The notes under the pieces: generated by a model
The model's database searches: none
What the model was told of the DNA's origin: nothing
What the model saw: only the letters and a program-made list of their open reading frames with translations
Part shown: positions 43,057-53,227 of the stretch, piece by piece
How positions within the stretch are numbered: the stretch's first letter is position 1
How the letters are laid out: every line of letters begins with the position of its first letter
Program-made: the position numbers and the translations under genes
Sequence record: SRR20825019_1335
Strand: one strand, 5' to 3'
Length of the DNA stretch: 64,000 bases

Positions 43057-45171
43057 ATGAGTTATTTACCTTTCACTTCGAGTAAAGCACTGCCTCCCAA
43101 AACCCGTAAAAATGCAGGAACAGTTAGAAAAGCCTTTTCTGATTGGATTATTGAAAATTACGGTGAGGACTACGCTCGTGAATTAGATCGTCAAAGAAAT
43201 CGATTAGAAGGTAGTGAGCTAAAGTCGAAAATAACGGGAACTTCAAGAGCCAAGGATGATACTCCAATGGTAGGAATTGTTGGTGGAGGTTTTGCAGGTT
43301 TATATGCAGGAATCATTCTTCAATCGCTCGGAATTGAATCTGAAATTTTTGAAAGTTCAGATCGCGTAGGTGGAAGAATTGACACTTGGTATTCCAAGGA
43401 CTATAATCAGAAAGACAAGAATAAAAAAGGACTTTACGGTGAAGTAGGCGGAATGCGTCTACCTCAGTTTTCTGCTGATATGCTCGCTGTTCAGCAATTA
43501 TCGCTTGCCGTTAACTCTGTACTTGACAGAAATGGACTAAAAGACAAGTCCGTGATTTGGAGAAAGTTCTACTACAATTCTCCTATCCAACGGTTGCGAT
43601 ATAATAACATGAAAGCTCCAATCGAAGCGCAAAATGCAGCGTTGAATGACTTGAATTTCGGAATAACATCGGGAGGTGACATCGCTCCGGTGTGGGTAAC
43701 TCCTGTTAAACCGAAGACAGGTGATCCGTATCTACCAATAAATATGATTCTCGACATGGTGAACGATCGCTTTATTAAGGCAATCAATGAATCGTTTGAA
43801 AAGGGATTCGCCTTGTTGATGGAATATGACAATTATTCGATGTGGGGATATTTGACGAATGTATTTACACTTGGCGAGATGGAACAATATTACGATCCAG
43901 CCATGGGTGCAAAAACGGATAATTTGTCGTACAATATTGCGAGCTATTTGGAAACAACCAATGTGGGAACGGGAATGTATTCTGTTTCTTTTGTCGAAAT
44001 GGTATTGGCAGTTTATGACTGGGGCGGAAGTAAAAATCCGTATGACTCGAAAGATCCAAATATTTACATGTTAACCGTAGACAATGGGATGCAGCACTTT
44101 CCAGACGCTTGTCGCGCAGTTCTTGATTTAAAAGATGGTGTTCGGGCAGTAGATGGACATGTCGCTCAAGTTCAAATTGGAATGATCCCGAATGCAGAAG
44201 GACACAAAGGTTATTCGCCGCCAAATTTAACGCCAGATGCGCAAGCACCACCTTCAGTACCTCCTGCTCAGGTTATCACGCCTCCTCCAGGAAAGCCGAG
44301 TACTAAAAAGCAGCGGGTATTCATGGAGCACAAGGTAATACAGGTTGATCACGATCCTAAATTGTATGAAAACAATGGCGGAATGAAGCTAAGAATTGAA
44401 AAATCTTCTAAAAATGGACGAAAACAGGTGATGGATAAACAATATCCTTTTGTCATCAGTACTTTGCCGAATGGAGCATATTTGAGTGGACAGCTAAAGA
44501 CAAATTTCTTTGATAATTTATCCTTCTCAAAAGCACGGGCGCTTCGCGAATCGAATTATATGCCTGCATTTAAGGCGTTTATCACATTTAATACTCAGTT
44601 CTGGAAGAAACTAGGAAATCGACAAGACGGAGGACTCGGTGTTTCGGCTACCGATCGTCCAAATAGACAAGTTGTATACCCTTCTTATGGATACGACTGC
44701 GATGGAGGAGTACTTCAAATTTATTGCTGGGCACAAGATGCAGAACGTTTAGGCGCTTTGTCTGACGAAGATCGTGTAAATGAGTGCTTGAAAGGAATCC
44801 AATTTATGTACCCAGAAATTAATATCTACGATTATTTCGATGGCTACAAACCTGAGGTTACAACAAAAACATGGTTTTGGGATCAACATGCCGGTGGAGG
44901 AGCGTTTGCTTTATTCTCACCTGGGCAATTCAAAAACCTCTATCCAACATTGCTTACGCCAGAGTTTGACGGCTGTCTAAACTTTGCGGGAGAATGCTGC
45001 TCCGTTCATCATGGTTGGATTGTTGGCGCGCTAGATTCAGCTTACAATGCAGTTTACAATATTCTTCGTCAATCTGGTGCAGATGATAAGATTAAGCTGA
45101 TGGAGGAAACATGGGGATCACTAAGTGCGCCTGACGTTGCAGCGAGAAAGGTGATGAGGAGTATGAAATAA
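43057..45171 (+). CDS. flavin amine oxidase, L-amino-acid oxidase-like
   Basis: GGGFAG Rossmann motif, RVGGRI GG motif, EVGGMR, VVYPSYG, WAQDA, FAGE...HGWIVGALDSA. Confidence 0.85.
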   Translation: MSYLPFTSSKALPPKTRKNAGTVRKAFSDWIIENYGEDYARELDRQRNRLEGSELKSKITGTSRAKDDTPMVGIVGGGFAGLYAGIILQSLGIESEIFESSDRVGGRIDTWYSKDYNQKDKNKKGLYGEVGGMRLPQFSADMLAVQQLSLAVNSVLDRNGLKDKSVIWRKFYYNSPIQRLRYNNMKAPIEAQNAALNDLNFGITSGGDIAPVWVTPVKPKTGDPYLPINMILDMVNDRFIKAINESFEKGFALLMEYDNYSMWGYLTNVFTLGEMEQYYDPAMGAKTDNLSYNIASYLETTNVGTGMYSVSFVEMVLAVYDWGGSKNPYDSKDPNIYMLTVDNGMQHFPDACRAVLDLKDGVRAVDGHVAQVQIGMIPNAEGHKGYSPPNLTPDAQAPPSVPPAQVITPPPGKPSTKKQRVFMEHKVIQVDHDPKLYENNGGMKLRIEKSSKNGRKQVMDKQYPFVISTLPNGAYLSGQLKTNFFDNLSFSKARALRESNYMPAFKAFITFNTQFWKKLGNRQDGGLGVSATDRPNRQVVYPSYGYDCDGGVLQIYCWAQDAERLGALSDEDRVNECLKGIQFMYPEINIYDYFDGYKPEVTTKTWFWDQHAGGGAFALFSPGQFKNLYPTLLTPEFDGCLNFAGECCSVHHGWIVGALDSAYNAVYNILRQSGADDKIKLMEETWGSLSAPDVAARKVMRSMK

Positions 45172-45249
45172 TTCCTTTTTAACTAAGCAAGGAAGTGTTA
45201 AAATCAACACCTGAGTAATTTACATAATAGTTTAACAAAATCGAATCTT

Positions 45250-45657
45250 ATGTCAAGTCCAGTTATTACAACCGTTTCATCAAAGTTTGAGAAGATAGTG
45301 GATTCGTATTCATTCGAGGATGATCATTTCGATTATCCAGTCGCTCCGCTGATTTCGGCATGTTATGATGCGCTCTCTCCAGAGCTCTTGATTCTTCGTG
45401 TACTTTTATATGTCACAAAAAATGGGAATCCTGTACTTTCTGCGCATCCCGATCCTGCAAGGTTCGTTCATGGGGTTCTATTTATTAATTGCACGTATGA
45501 TGTAATAGATCAGAAAAAAGAAAACTTGTTTGAAATTTGGGCATTGGAATATAAATGCATCGTAGAAAATTCTGCAGCTACAAACATTGTGGTTACGCTA
45601 GAAAACAAGGATCCAAAAACCTCTCGTGGAACAATGACATCCGTTCAGCGGCAATAA
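45250..45657 (+). CDS. hypothetical protein ending in DPKTSRGT motif
   Basis: 135-aa ORF with AT-rich leader, stop 5 nt before the kinase ATG. Confidence 0.75.
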   Translation: MSSPVITTVSSKFEKIVDSYSFEDDHFDYPVAPLISACYDALSPELLILRVLLYVTKNGNPVLSAHPDPARFVHGVLFINCTYDVIDQKKENLFEIWALEYKCIVENSAATNIVVTLENKDPKTSRGTMTSVQRQ

Positions 45658-45662
45658 ACGAA

Positions 45663-47438
45663 ATGTTGACTAAAAATCGGGTGTTTATAAGATTTATTTT
45701 CAATATAACGATTGCGATTTCCTTCATAGGAAGCTCATTTGAATTGTCCGCTCAAAGTGGCTTTTATCGAGATGAAATTCAGCGGGATATAAATAAAATC
45801 CCAAAGGAGGAGAGGCAAAATTCGATATTCCAAAAGTCACTAAAGTTTTTTTTCTCGCACGAACCAGATTCAACAATCCGTTACACGCACATGTATTTAC
45901 AGGGGAATCAAAAAAATCCTCAGTTAATTGATTACAGTCTCTTTTTTCGCGGAAGAAGCTTTATAGACAAAGGATTGTTTTCTCAGGCAGCAGAATCGAC
46001 CTTGAAAATTTCAAAAAAATTTCCTTTTCAGTCACTCGTGCAAATGCAATTAGGGACTATTTATCTCGAAAGCGAACAATATCAGAAAGCATTAACCTGT
46101 TTCTATTCGATAGATTCATCTCGGGTCTTGAACAAGGAAGTAATCGACGAAAGTATTCTCTATCACAATATTGGTGTGTGCAACCTGCATTTGGAACGCT
46201 ATGCTATTTCGGAACTTTATCTAATGAAATCATTAGAAACGCAGCAAGAAAGAAAAGATACTTTGCTCGTTATTGGATCTTTAATGGACTTGGGAAATCT
46301 ATTTTATCTTCAATATTTGGATGACAAAGCAATTCCATACTTTGAGCAGGCGTATGACTTATCCAAAAAGGCTTCCGATGTGGAATTGAAGCATTTTACC
46401 GCATTAAACATGGCGATTGTAAAGGAAAATGAAAAGGATTTCGAGAGTGCACTTATGTTTCTCAAAGAGCATAATCAATGGAAAGATTCTTTGAATGACC
46501 AACAGAAAGTGTGGGACATCGCTCAACTTGAGAAACGCTTTATTACTGAACGAAGCAAAGAAAGGATAGAATTGCTTAAGTTAGAAAACGCCGCACGATC
46601 TGCCCAGCGAAATGGATTTGTCTATTCGTCGGTTTTTCTCTTGCTTCTTTTACTTACGGTGATTTACTTCTACAGGCAAAAAAATAGGGCGAATAAGATT
46701 ATAGCTTCACAAAAGGCGGAAATGGAAGAGGTAAACGCCATGAAAGATCAATTGTTCTCAATTGTGAGCCACGATTTAAGGTCGTCTGTACATGCATTTC
46801 GGAAGAATAGCGAAGAACTTGCTTCTACTATTTCGGATAAAAATCATACCTTAATGGAATATCAATTGGCTAACAATAAGTCACTTGCCGATTCAACGTA
46901 TCACTTATTGGATAATTTATTGAATTGGGCGTTGCTTCAAACAGATCGAATTCATTTTATGCCCGAATCTATTGGACTACGTAGATTATGTGATCAAGTC
47001 GTTCATAATTATTTAGCGATGATGTCCGAAAAAGAAATAGAATTCACCAATTCCGTGGGATTAGAAGCACGGGTTTTTGCTGACCAAGAATCCATTAAAA
47101 TTGTGCTACGAAATCTATTGGACAACGCAATTAAGTTTACTCCAAAAAATGGTAAAATAACCTTGTCTGAAACAGTTCTATCGGAAACTTTGATTGAACT
47201 TTGTCTCGAAGATACCGGAATTGGAATTTCAAGCGAATTGATCGAACGGATGTCTAGTTCAACGGCAGTTGTTTTAAATCGATCGTCTTCGAATACCACA
47301 GGTTCTGGTTTGGGGTTACAAGTGTGTAAATCAATGATTGAAAAGAACGGCGGAAAACTGATCATTGAAAGCAAAGAGGGGAAAGGAACTCGAATGAAAT
47401 TAATTATTCCTAAATCGAACAAGCATGAACTCAATTAA
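45663..47438 (+). CDS. TPR-containing sensor histidine kinase
   Basis: N-terminal signal/TM, TPRs (LYHNIGVCNLHL, LMDLGNLFYL), TM, H-box SHDLR, RNLLDNAIKF, DTGIG, GSGLGL. ATG 45663 preferred over 45555. Confidence 0.92.
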   Translation: MLTKNRVFIRFIFNITIAISFIGSSFELSAQSGFYRDEIQRDINKIPKEERQNSIFQKSLKFFFSHEPDSTIRYTHMYLQGNQKNPQLIDYSLFFRGRSFIDKGLFSQAAESTLKISKKFPFQSLVQMQLGTIYLESEQYQKALTCFYSIDSSRVLNKEVIDESILYHNIGVCNLHLERYAISELYLMKSLETQQERKDTLLVIGSLMDLGNLFYLQYLDDKAIPYFEQAYDLSKKASDVELKHFTALNMAIVKENEKDFESALMFLKEHNQWKDSLNDQQKVWDIAQLEKRFITERSKERIELLKLENAARSAQRNGFVYSSVFLLLLLLTVIYFYRQKNRANKIIASQKAEMEEVNAMKDQLFSIVSHDLRSSVHAFRKNSEELASTISDKNHTLMEYQLANNKSLADSTYHLLDNLLNWALLQTDRIHFMPESIGLRRLCDQVVHNYLAMMSEKEIEFTNSVGLEARVFADQESIKIVLRNLLDNAIKFTPKNGKITLSETVLSETLIELCLEDTGIGISSELIERMSSSTAVVLNRSSSNTTGSGLGLQVCKSMIEKNGGKLIIESKEGKGTRMKLIIPKSNKHELN

Positions 47439-48171
47439 TGTCTTAATAATTGAAGATAATCCGAAAGAACTGGCACCACTTGTTAAGGTCTTAGAAGCGA
47501 ATAATTATACCGTTGCTGGAGTCGCTAATTCTCACAAGGAGGCCTTGAAGTTGATGTTTTCAGTTCCCTTCGATCTTGCGATCATAGATGTATACCTCAA
47601 CGGAAATCCTGACGGAATTGCTTTCGCGGAAACCTTGAGTAGTCATCAAAGCTTGAACAAGCCTTTTGTTTTTCTCACAAGTTCAAGAGAAAGAAGCATT
47701 TTCGATCGTGCAAAGCTTACTTCACCTTATGCCTTTTTATTGAAGCCATTCAACGAACTTGAGGTGATTTATGCCTTGGAAATGGCCTTCGAGAAGTTTT
47801 ATGAACAAGATCATTCGCTTCAGCAAAGTGATGGTGGAGTTGTAACTTCAAACGATTCTTTCTTCGTGAAGAGCAAGGGCACACTCATTAAAGTAATCAT
47901 CGAAGAAATAACTTACGTGCAAGTAGAAGATCGATATTGCACGATTTACACTAAGCATGAGCGCTATGTGGTTATGCTTTCTCTAAAGAAAATGCTCGAC
48001 CTTCTGGACAAGAAAAATTTCATCCGAAGTCACCGAAACTTTATTGTAAACAGAGATAAAATTGTTCGGATTATTCTAAGTGAAAACTCAATCATACTTG
48101 AAAATAATCAGTCTGTTCCATTAAGTGAAAACTATAAAGAAGTCATTAAACAGCTGAATATCATCTCTTAG
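47425..48171 (+). CDS. LytTR-family response regulator
   Basis: IIEDN, IIDVYL, FLLKPF receiver; FIRSHRNFIVN LytTR. Overlaps the kinase stop. Confidence 0.93.
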   Translation: MNSINVLIIEDNPKELAPLVKVLEANNYTVAGVANSHKEALKLMFSVPFDLAIIDVYLNGNPDGIAFAETLSSHQSLNKPFVFLTSSRERSIFDRAKLTSPYAFLLKPFNELEVIYALEMAFEKFYEQDHSLQQSDGGVVTSNDSFFVKSKGTLIKVIIEEITYVQVEDRYCTIYTKHERYVVMLSLKKMLDLLDKKNFIRSHRNFIVNRDKIVRIILSENSIILENNQSVPLSENYKEVIKQLNIIS

Positions 48172-48214
48172 CAATTTAGCATTTCCAAATTATTTACGCA
48201 TCCTAAATTCGTTC

Positions 48215-48265
48215 ATATCAGCATTTCCCGCTTTTATGTCAACAATCTCTGCTCTCATGACAACC
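48215..48265 (+). promoter_or_regulatory. three direct repeats at 21-bp period (putative LytTR operator)
   Basis: ATATCAGCA (48215), ATGTCAACA (48236), ATGACAACC (48257), followed by TATTTTTA at 48292. Confidence 0.6.
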
Positions 48266-48486
48266 CTCTGATTTAATGCCTTTTAACGAGCTATTTTTAG
48301 TTTAGAAAGCAATCAAAGGAATAAGCTTAGACAAAGCAAACCCCGCATGTGTTGACATGATAAACAAATAAGTGCATTGTCAATTAGCAGTTTCACGTAG
48401 CCCTTTCTCTGGAGTTCAGTAACCAGTAAAACGAGGTCGATTCTGAAAAACCATACGAGTAGGAAACCACATTTAAAGAAAAAGTT

Positions 48487-49152
48487 ATGCAACCAATTCC
48501 ACAAAAAGTAAAAAACGTTAGTGTCTATCCATACCTAGATTTGAAAGGTGGAGGATTAGGACCAGTTGTTCTTCCTGTTTTAACGGGAGCTGAAGGAACG
48601 TATTCAGTAGGAACTTTAATTCGGAACATCTACTACAACTTGAATCTTTCGGGAGGAGAGTCACACGGATCGTTTAAAGTACACGACATGTACTACGCGG
48701 TTGGAGAATATGAAAATGGAAGCTCGTTTAGAACGCCACCAATGTATTGTACTGAGGCGGGATCTTCACCAGAATTTGGACGTACTGTAACGGCATTGAC
48801 AGAAATTGGCGAAAGCGAAAGTGCAATCACTTCAATTTCAACGCCTCCATACATTACACTTGGACCGCTCACAGATATTTCTGTTACGATGAACTATCCT
48901 GCTCCGATTATTCTTTCAGTCGATATAATAGAAAATGGATCTGGAAATGTGATCGCTACACGTGTCGGAGCTCCGCATCTGATGGGAGTTGAAGTCACTA
49001 AGGGAGAACGTCTTGGACAATTGAAAATCGGAATGAAGAACATTATGATCACAGGAAAACAAAAGGATGGAAAAACGGTGACGTTTAGCGATCTAACTTG
49101 TGTGAACGCGGGAGAACCTGCTGTTTTCATTAGAGAATTTCCTTCGAATTAA
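48487..49152 (+). CDS. hypothetical protein with internal two-fold duplication
   Basis: 221-aa ORF, no signal peptide; both halves end in a G-x4-G-x9-C-x2-AG-x4-F-x-R pattern. Confidence 0.75.
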   Translation: MQPIPQKVKNVSVYPYLDLKGGGLGPVVLPVLTGAEGTYSVGTLIRNIYYNLNLSGGESHGSFKVHDMYYAVGEYENGSSFRTPPMYCTEAGSSPEFGRTVTALTEIGESESAITSISTPPYITLGPLTDISVTMNYPAPIILSVDIIENGSGNVIATRVGAPHLMGVEVTKGERLGQLKIGMKNIMITGKQKDGKTVTFSDLTCVNAGEPAVFIREFPSN

Positions 49153-49224
49153 GAGAAGATAAGCGTGAAGCAAAGAAAATACGACTTACTTCTCAAAGAA
49201 GAAAGAGGTCGTATGAATGATTAG

Positions 49225-49254
49225 AATGCGGGGACAATGACATCTCCGCATTTT
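49225..49254 (+). terminator. intrinsic terminator
   Basis: AATGCGGGGA...TCTCCGCATTTT hairpin plus T run. Confidence 0.6.
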
Positions 49255-49546
49255 AATATATTAAATGAATGAGTTTTCTCCTTCCGATTTGCGGATTTTG
49301 GATGCATTTAGAGCTTGATAATTCTTTCTAGAAGTTGTTAGTAGCCTGAAATACAGTTACATTTCACTGTGATCACAAGCAAATTGGAGTAACAGAAAAA
49401 TTCAACTAATCTTAATGTTAAATAAACATTCTATGTCGTTTACATGTGTTAATTTTGCGCCGAGAAGAAGATGATCTCCTACAAGAAATCAGGCATTTGT
49501 GTCCGTTTCCGAAACCATTTTCGACTTTTACTTTGCATCAATTAAA

Positions 49547-51556
49547 ATGCTTAGACTTTCTTTAGTGCTGATTCTTATTTGCGGAACTAGTCAATTTTTT
49601 TCTGCTTTCGGTCAATCGTTAATTATCAATGAGGTTTCTCAAGGAGAAACAGGAAATCAAGAATATGTAGAATTTGTAGTTGTAGACACAGCCGTGACCT
49701 ATAATTGCCAGAATTCTCAACCTCCATGTATTGACATTAGAGGATGGATTTTTGATGACAACAGTGGTTATCATGGAACAACAGGAATTGCAACGGGGGC
49801 TATTCGGTTTTCGTTCGACCCTCTTTGGTCGTGTGTAACTTTAGGGACGATCATCGTCATCTATAATGATTCAGATCCGAATCCGCTCATGCCAGCGATT
49901 GATATTTCTACGAATGATGGAAACTGTAAAATCGTCGCTCCAATAAGTAATACAAGTCTTTTTGAGAGTAATGCAACAACTCCAGGAGCTGTTGCGTGTT
50001 CTTATCCTTCTTCTGGCTGGACGCCAGGCGGAGATTGGACAAATACACTATTGGCAAATGGGGGAGACTGCGCTAGAATTGTCAATTTAGCGGGTTGTGA
50101 AGTATTCTCAGTATGTTGGGGAACAAACAATCAAAATAACATTATTTATTTCGCAGGTGGGTCAACATCGGGTTCTTCTGCTACAAATACAGTTTACTAT
50201 TTTAACGGTGGAAACCCGGCTCTTCAGGCAAATTGGTCTATTGGCTGCGCTGATGTGCCTGCTTGTGGAGTAGAAGACCAAACACCTGGTGCGCCAAATA
50301 ATGCGTTGAACGCAGCGTTTATTGGACAATTCAACAATAACTGTTCGCCCATAACTCCGCTAGTCGCTTCTGCGATTGTTAATTCAGACGCTGCTTGCGC
50401 ATGTACTGGACAAGCAACAGCGAGTGGAAGTGGTTCCATTCCTGGATATTCGTATGCTTGGTACAATGCTTCGTTCTCTCCTATTGGACAAACAACTGCG
50501 ACTGCCTCCAATCTTTGCGGTGGAACTTACAACGTGATCGTAACATCTTCGATTGGTTGTCAAGACACGGCTCAAGTGACTATCAATTCGACGGGAACAG
50601 TGAGTTTATCGGTGAACTCAGGGGCTGTTTGTGCTGGAGATCAAATTACTCTTTCTGCATCACCTTCTGCCAGCGGAGGAAGCTATTTGTGGTCACCAAC
50701 TGGGCAATCGACGCAAAACATTACAATAACTCCAAGTACTTCGACAAACTATACCGTTTATTACCAAATTGGAACTTGCTTAGACAGCGCAGTTTCAAAC
50801 GTAATTGTGAATCCACTTCCGAACGTTTCGGCTGGACAAGACAATACGGTTTGTGAAGGAACTGCCGTTACACTGAACGGACAAGGGGCAACAACGTATG
50901 TTTGGAGCAATAATGCACAGAACAATGTAGCATTCTTCCCAACTGTTGGGACGACAAATTACACTGTTGTTGGAACGGATAATAACGGATGTTCGTCCAC
51001 TGCTTCGGTAACGATCAATGTATTGCCTGCTCCGCTGGCACATGCTTCCCTGACCCCATCGGCTGGGATTTCACCTCTTGTTGTAGACTTCACCAATTTA
51101 AGTTCTGGAGGAACAAGCTATTTCTGGGATTTCGGAAACGGACAAGACACCACAACTGCGAATACTGGAAGTCTAACTCAAGTGTACAACGCTGGAATTT
51201 ATCAAGTAACATTGATTGCTTCCAATGGTTTGTGCCAATCTTCTTGGTTTGATCAAGTATACGTATCTGATCCGCTTAGTCCAGTGGTGATTGAACTCCC
51301 AAATGTATTCACACCGAACAATGATTTATCCAATGACTTTTTCTTGATCAATTCTGAGAATTTACAAAGTTTGTCAGGATTCATATTAAACCGTTGGGGA
51401 TCAGTTGTAAAAGAATTTGACAGTATTGATTTTGTTTGGAATGGCGAAGTGAACGGTCAGCCCGCAACAGAAGGAACATACTTCGTTTCTTACAAGGCTG
51501 TTGGCTTAGATCAACAAACGTACGAAGGTCAAGGATTTGTACAATTAGTGAGGTAG
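49547..51556 (+). CDS. T9SS type B (gliding-motility-associated CTD) surface protein with lamin-tail-like, SprB-like and PKD domains
   Basis: Signal peptide, LIINEV...EYVEFV, WDFGNG PKD, C-terminal LPNVFTPNNDLSNDFF...NRWG...WNG...GTYF. Confidence 0.9.
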   Translation: MLRLSLVLILICGTSQFFSAFGQSLIINEVSQGETGNQEYVEFVVVDTAVTYNCQNSQPPCIDIRGWIFDDNSGYHGTTGIATGAIRFSFDPLWSCVTLGTIIVIYNDSDPNPLMPAIDISTNDGNCKIVAPISNTSLFESNATTPGAVACSYPSSGWTPGGDWTNTLLANGGDCARIVNLAGCEVFSVCWGTNNQNNIIYFAGGSTSGSSATNTVYYFNGGNPALQANWSIGCADVPACGVEDQTPGAPNNALNAAFIGQFNNNCSPITPLVASAIVNSDAACACTGQATASGSGSIPGYSYAWYNASFSPIGQTTATASNLCGGTYNVIVTSSIGCQDTAQVTINSTGTVSLSVNSGAVCAGDQITLSASPSASGGSYLWSPTGQSTQNITITPSTSTNYTVYYQIGTCLDSAVSNVIVNPLPNVSAGQDNTVCEGTAVTLNGQGATTYVWSNNAQNNVAFFPTVGTTNYTVVGTDNNGCSSTASVTINVLPAPLAHASLTPSAGISPLVVDFTNLSSGGTSYFWDFGNGQDTTTANTGSLTQVYNAGIYQVTLIASNGLCQSSWFDQVYVSDPLSPVVIELPNVFTPNNDLSNDFFLINSENLQSLSGFILNRWGSVVKEFDSIDFVWNGEVNGQPATEGTYFVSYKAVGLDQQTYEGQGFVQLVR

Positions 51557-51838
51557 TTAAGTCGTTAGGTTAAAGTATTACTTCAACTATAGACGAACCT
51601 TCAGTTTATCCTTATCTCGTTGAGTTTTCATTAGAATTTCCTTTTTTTGGCGTTTATGATGTGTATGAAAATTGAAAATGAAGAACAAGAGTGTCGTTTT
51701 AAAACCATTTTCAAGCCAAAACACGTAAAATCACCTATTGACATCGGCTTACTCGTTTTGTAGTTTTACAGTTAATCAAACTACTGATTTTGAATTATTT
51801 AAGATTCATCAGTAAACAAATAACTTAACTAACTAAAA

Positions 51839-53227
51839 ATGAGAGAACGCAAAGATGTCTACAAACTTCCCGCAGGTGATAAAACACTAGAATGGTACTC
51901 GAAAGCGGTACAGGAAATGAAAAAAAGACCGACAACCGACCCGACAAGTTGGAATTATCAAGGAGCTATTCATGGTTTTGATGCCTCAAATCCTTTTTGG
52001 AGTGGTTCCGCACCATTACCTGGAGCTCAAGAACAGTTGGATTATTGGAAACAATGTCAACATGGTTCTTGGTATTTCTTGCCTTGGCATAGAATGTACT
52101 TAGCATATTTCGAACAAATTGTAGCGAAAGTAATTGTTGAATTGGGCGGTCCTGCCGATTGGGCTTTACCTTACTGGAATTACAGTGATACTTCAAACCC
52201 AAAAGCCCGTGTCATTCCACCAGCATTCACAAGTCCAAGTAACTCGACTAACGGACTTTGGATTACTGGACGACAAAGCGATACGATTCCGGCACGATAC
52301 GTGACATTAGGAGCGCTCGACACCATTCCATACACCGGAGATGGAATTCAATCACCGCTTGGTTTCGGAGGTCCAAAAACATCGTTTTCACACAGTGGAA
52401 GTACACATGGCGAATTGGAAAGTTTACCGCATGACATGGTACACGTAGCTATTGGAGGTGCGATGGGAAATCCGAGAACGGCAGCATTAGATCCAATTTT
52501 CTGGTTACATCATGCAAACATTGATCGATTGTGGCAAGTATGGTTGAACCTAGGTCGACGTTCTAATCCAGGAGAAAAAACTTGGCAGAATTTTAAATTC
52601 GATTTTCATGATCAAAATAGACGTCCAGTATCGCTCACAAGTTTACAAGTGGAAGACACTCGGAAAGTTCTTACGGGCTACACGTATCAAGGAGTTCCTA
52701 TTAAAACATCTGGATTCAAGAGCCTTAATAAAATTGTTTCTTTTCGAGAGTTCAAAAAACCGTTGGAAGTTGTTGCTGCAACCAATTCTCGACAGTTACT
52801 AGAAGGAGCAAAAAAGACCGTGTCATTAAACATTACACCGTCTCGACGCTTGAAAACCAATTTTATGTCTTTGAACGAATCGCTTAAAACGCCAAAAAGA
52901 ACCATTTTACATTTCGAGAATGTGACAGGAAAAGGCGTTCCTCCGATTCACGATGTATATTTGAATGTCCCAGAAAAAGTGGGGGATAAAGAATCGTATT
53001 ATGCGGGATCTCTTAGTTTCTTTGGAGTTGAAGAAGCCTCTACACCGAGTGCTCATCAGTCGGGGAGTGGTCAACACTATGCATTAGACGTTAGTGAACT
53101 AATGAATCAACTGCGGATTTTGCCGAATTGGAAAGAAGATGAAGTGAAAATTAGTATTGAGCCTTCACAACCAATTGAGGACAAGGCTTCTGTTAGCATC
53201 GGGCGCATTAGCGTCTATAGCGAATGA
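51839..53227 (+). CDS. tyrosinase / polyphenol oxidase with C-terminal beta-sandwich domain
   Basis: CuA His motifs AIHG, QCQHG, FLPWHR; CuB PHDMVH and DPIFWLHHANIDRLW; LPYWNY. Confidence 0.93.
   Translation: MRERKDVYKLPAGDKTLEWYSKAVQEMKKRPTTDPTSWNYQGAIHGFDASNPFWSGSAPLPGAQEQLDYWKQCQHGSWYFLPWHRMYLAYFEQIVAKVIVELGGPADWALPYWNYSDTSNPKARVIPPAFTSPSNSTNGLWITGRQSDTIPARYVTLGALDTIPYTGDGIQSPLGFGGPKTSFSHSGSTHGELESLPHDMVHVAIGGAMGNPRTAALDPIFWLHHANIDRLWQVWLNLGRRSNPGEKTWQNFKFDFHDQNRRPVSLTSLQVEDTRKVLTGYTYQGVPIKTSGFKSLNKIVSFREFKKPLEVVAATNSRQLLEGAKKTVSLNITPSRRLKTNFMSLNESLKTPKRTILHFENVTGKGVPPIHDVYLNVPEKVGDKESYYAGSLSFFGVEEASTPSAHQSGSGQHYALDVSELMNQLRILPNWKEDEVKISIEPSQPIEDKASVSIGRISVYSE

Noticed and set aside
45555-45662. 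Long N-terminal extension of the TPR kinase
   Set aside because: Overlaps the upstream gene; ATG 45663 gives a normal signal/TM start.
50395-50856. 153-aa alternative-frame ORF and similar nested or antisense ORFs in the track
   Set aside because: Fully contained in well-supported CDSs with no independent motifs.
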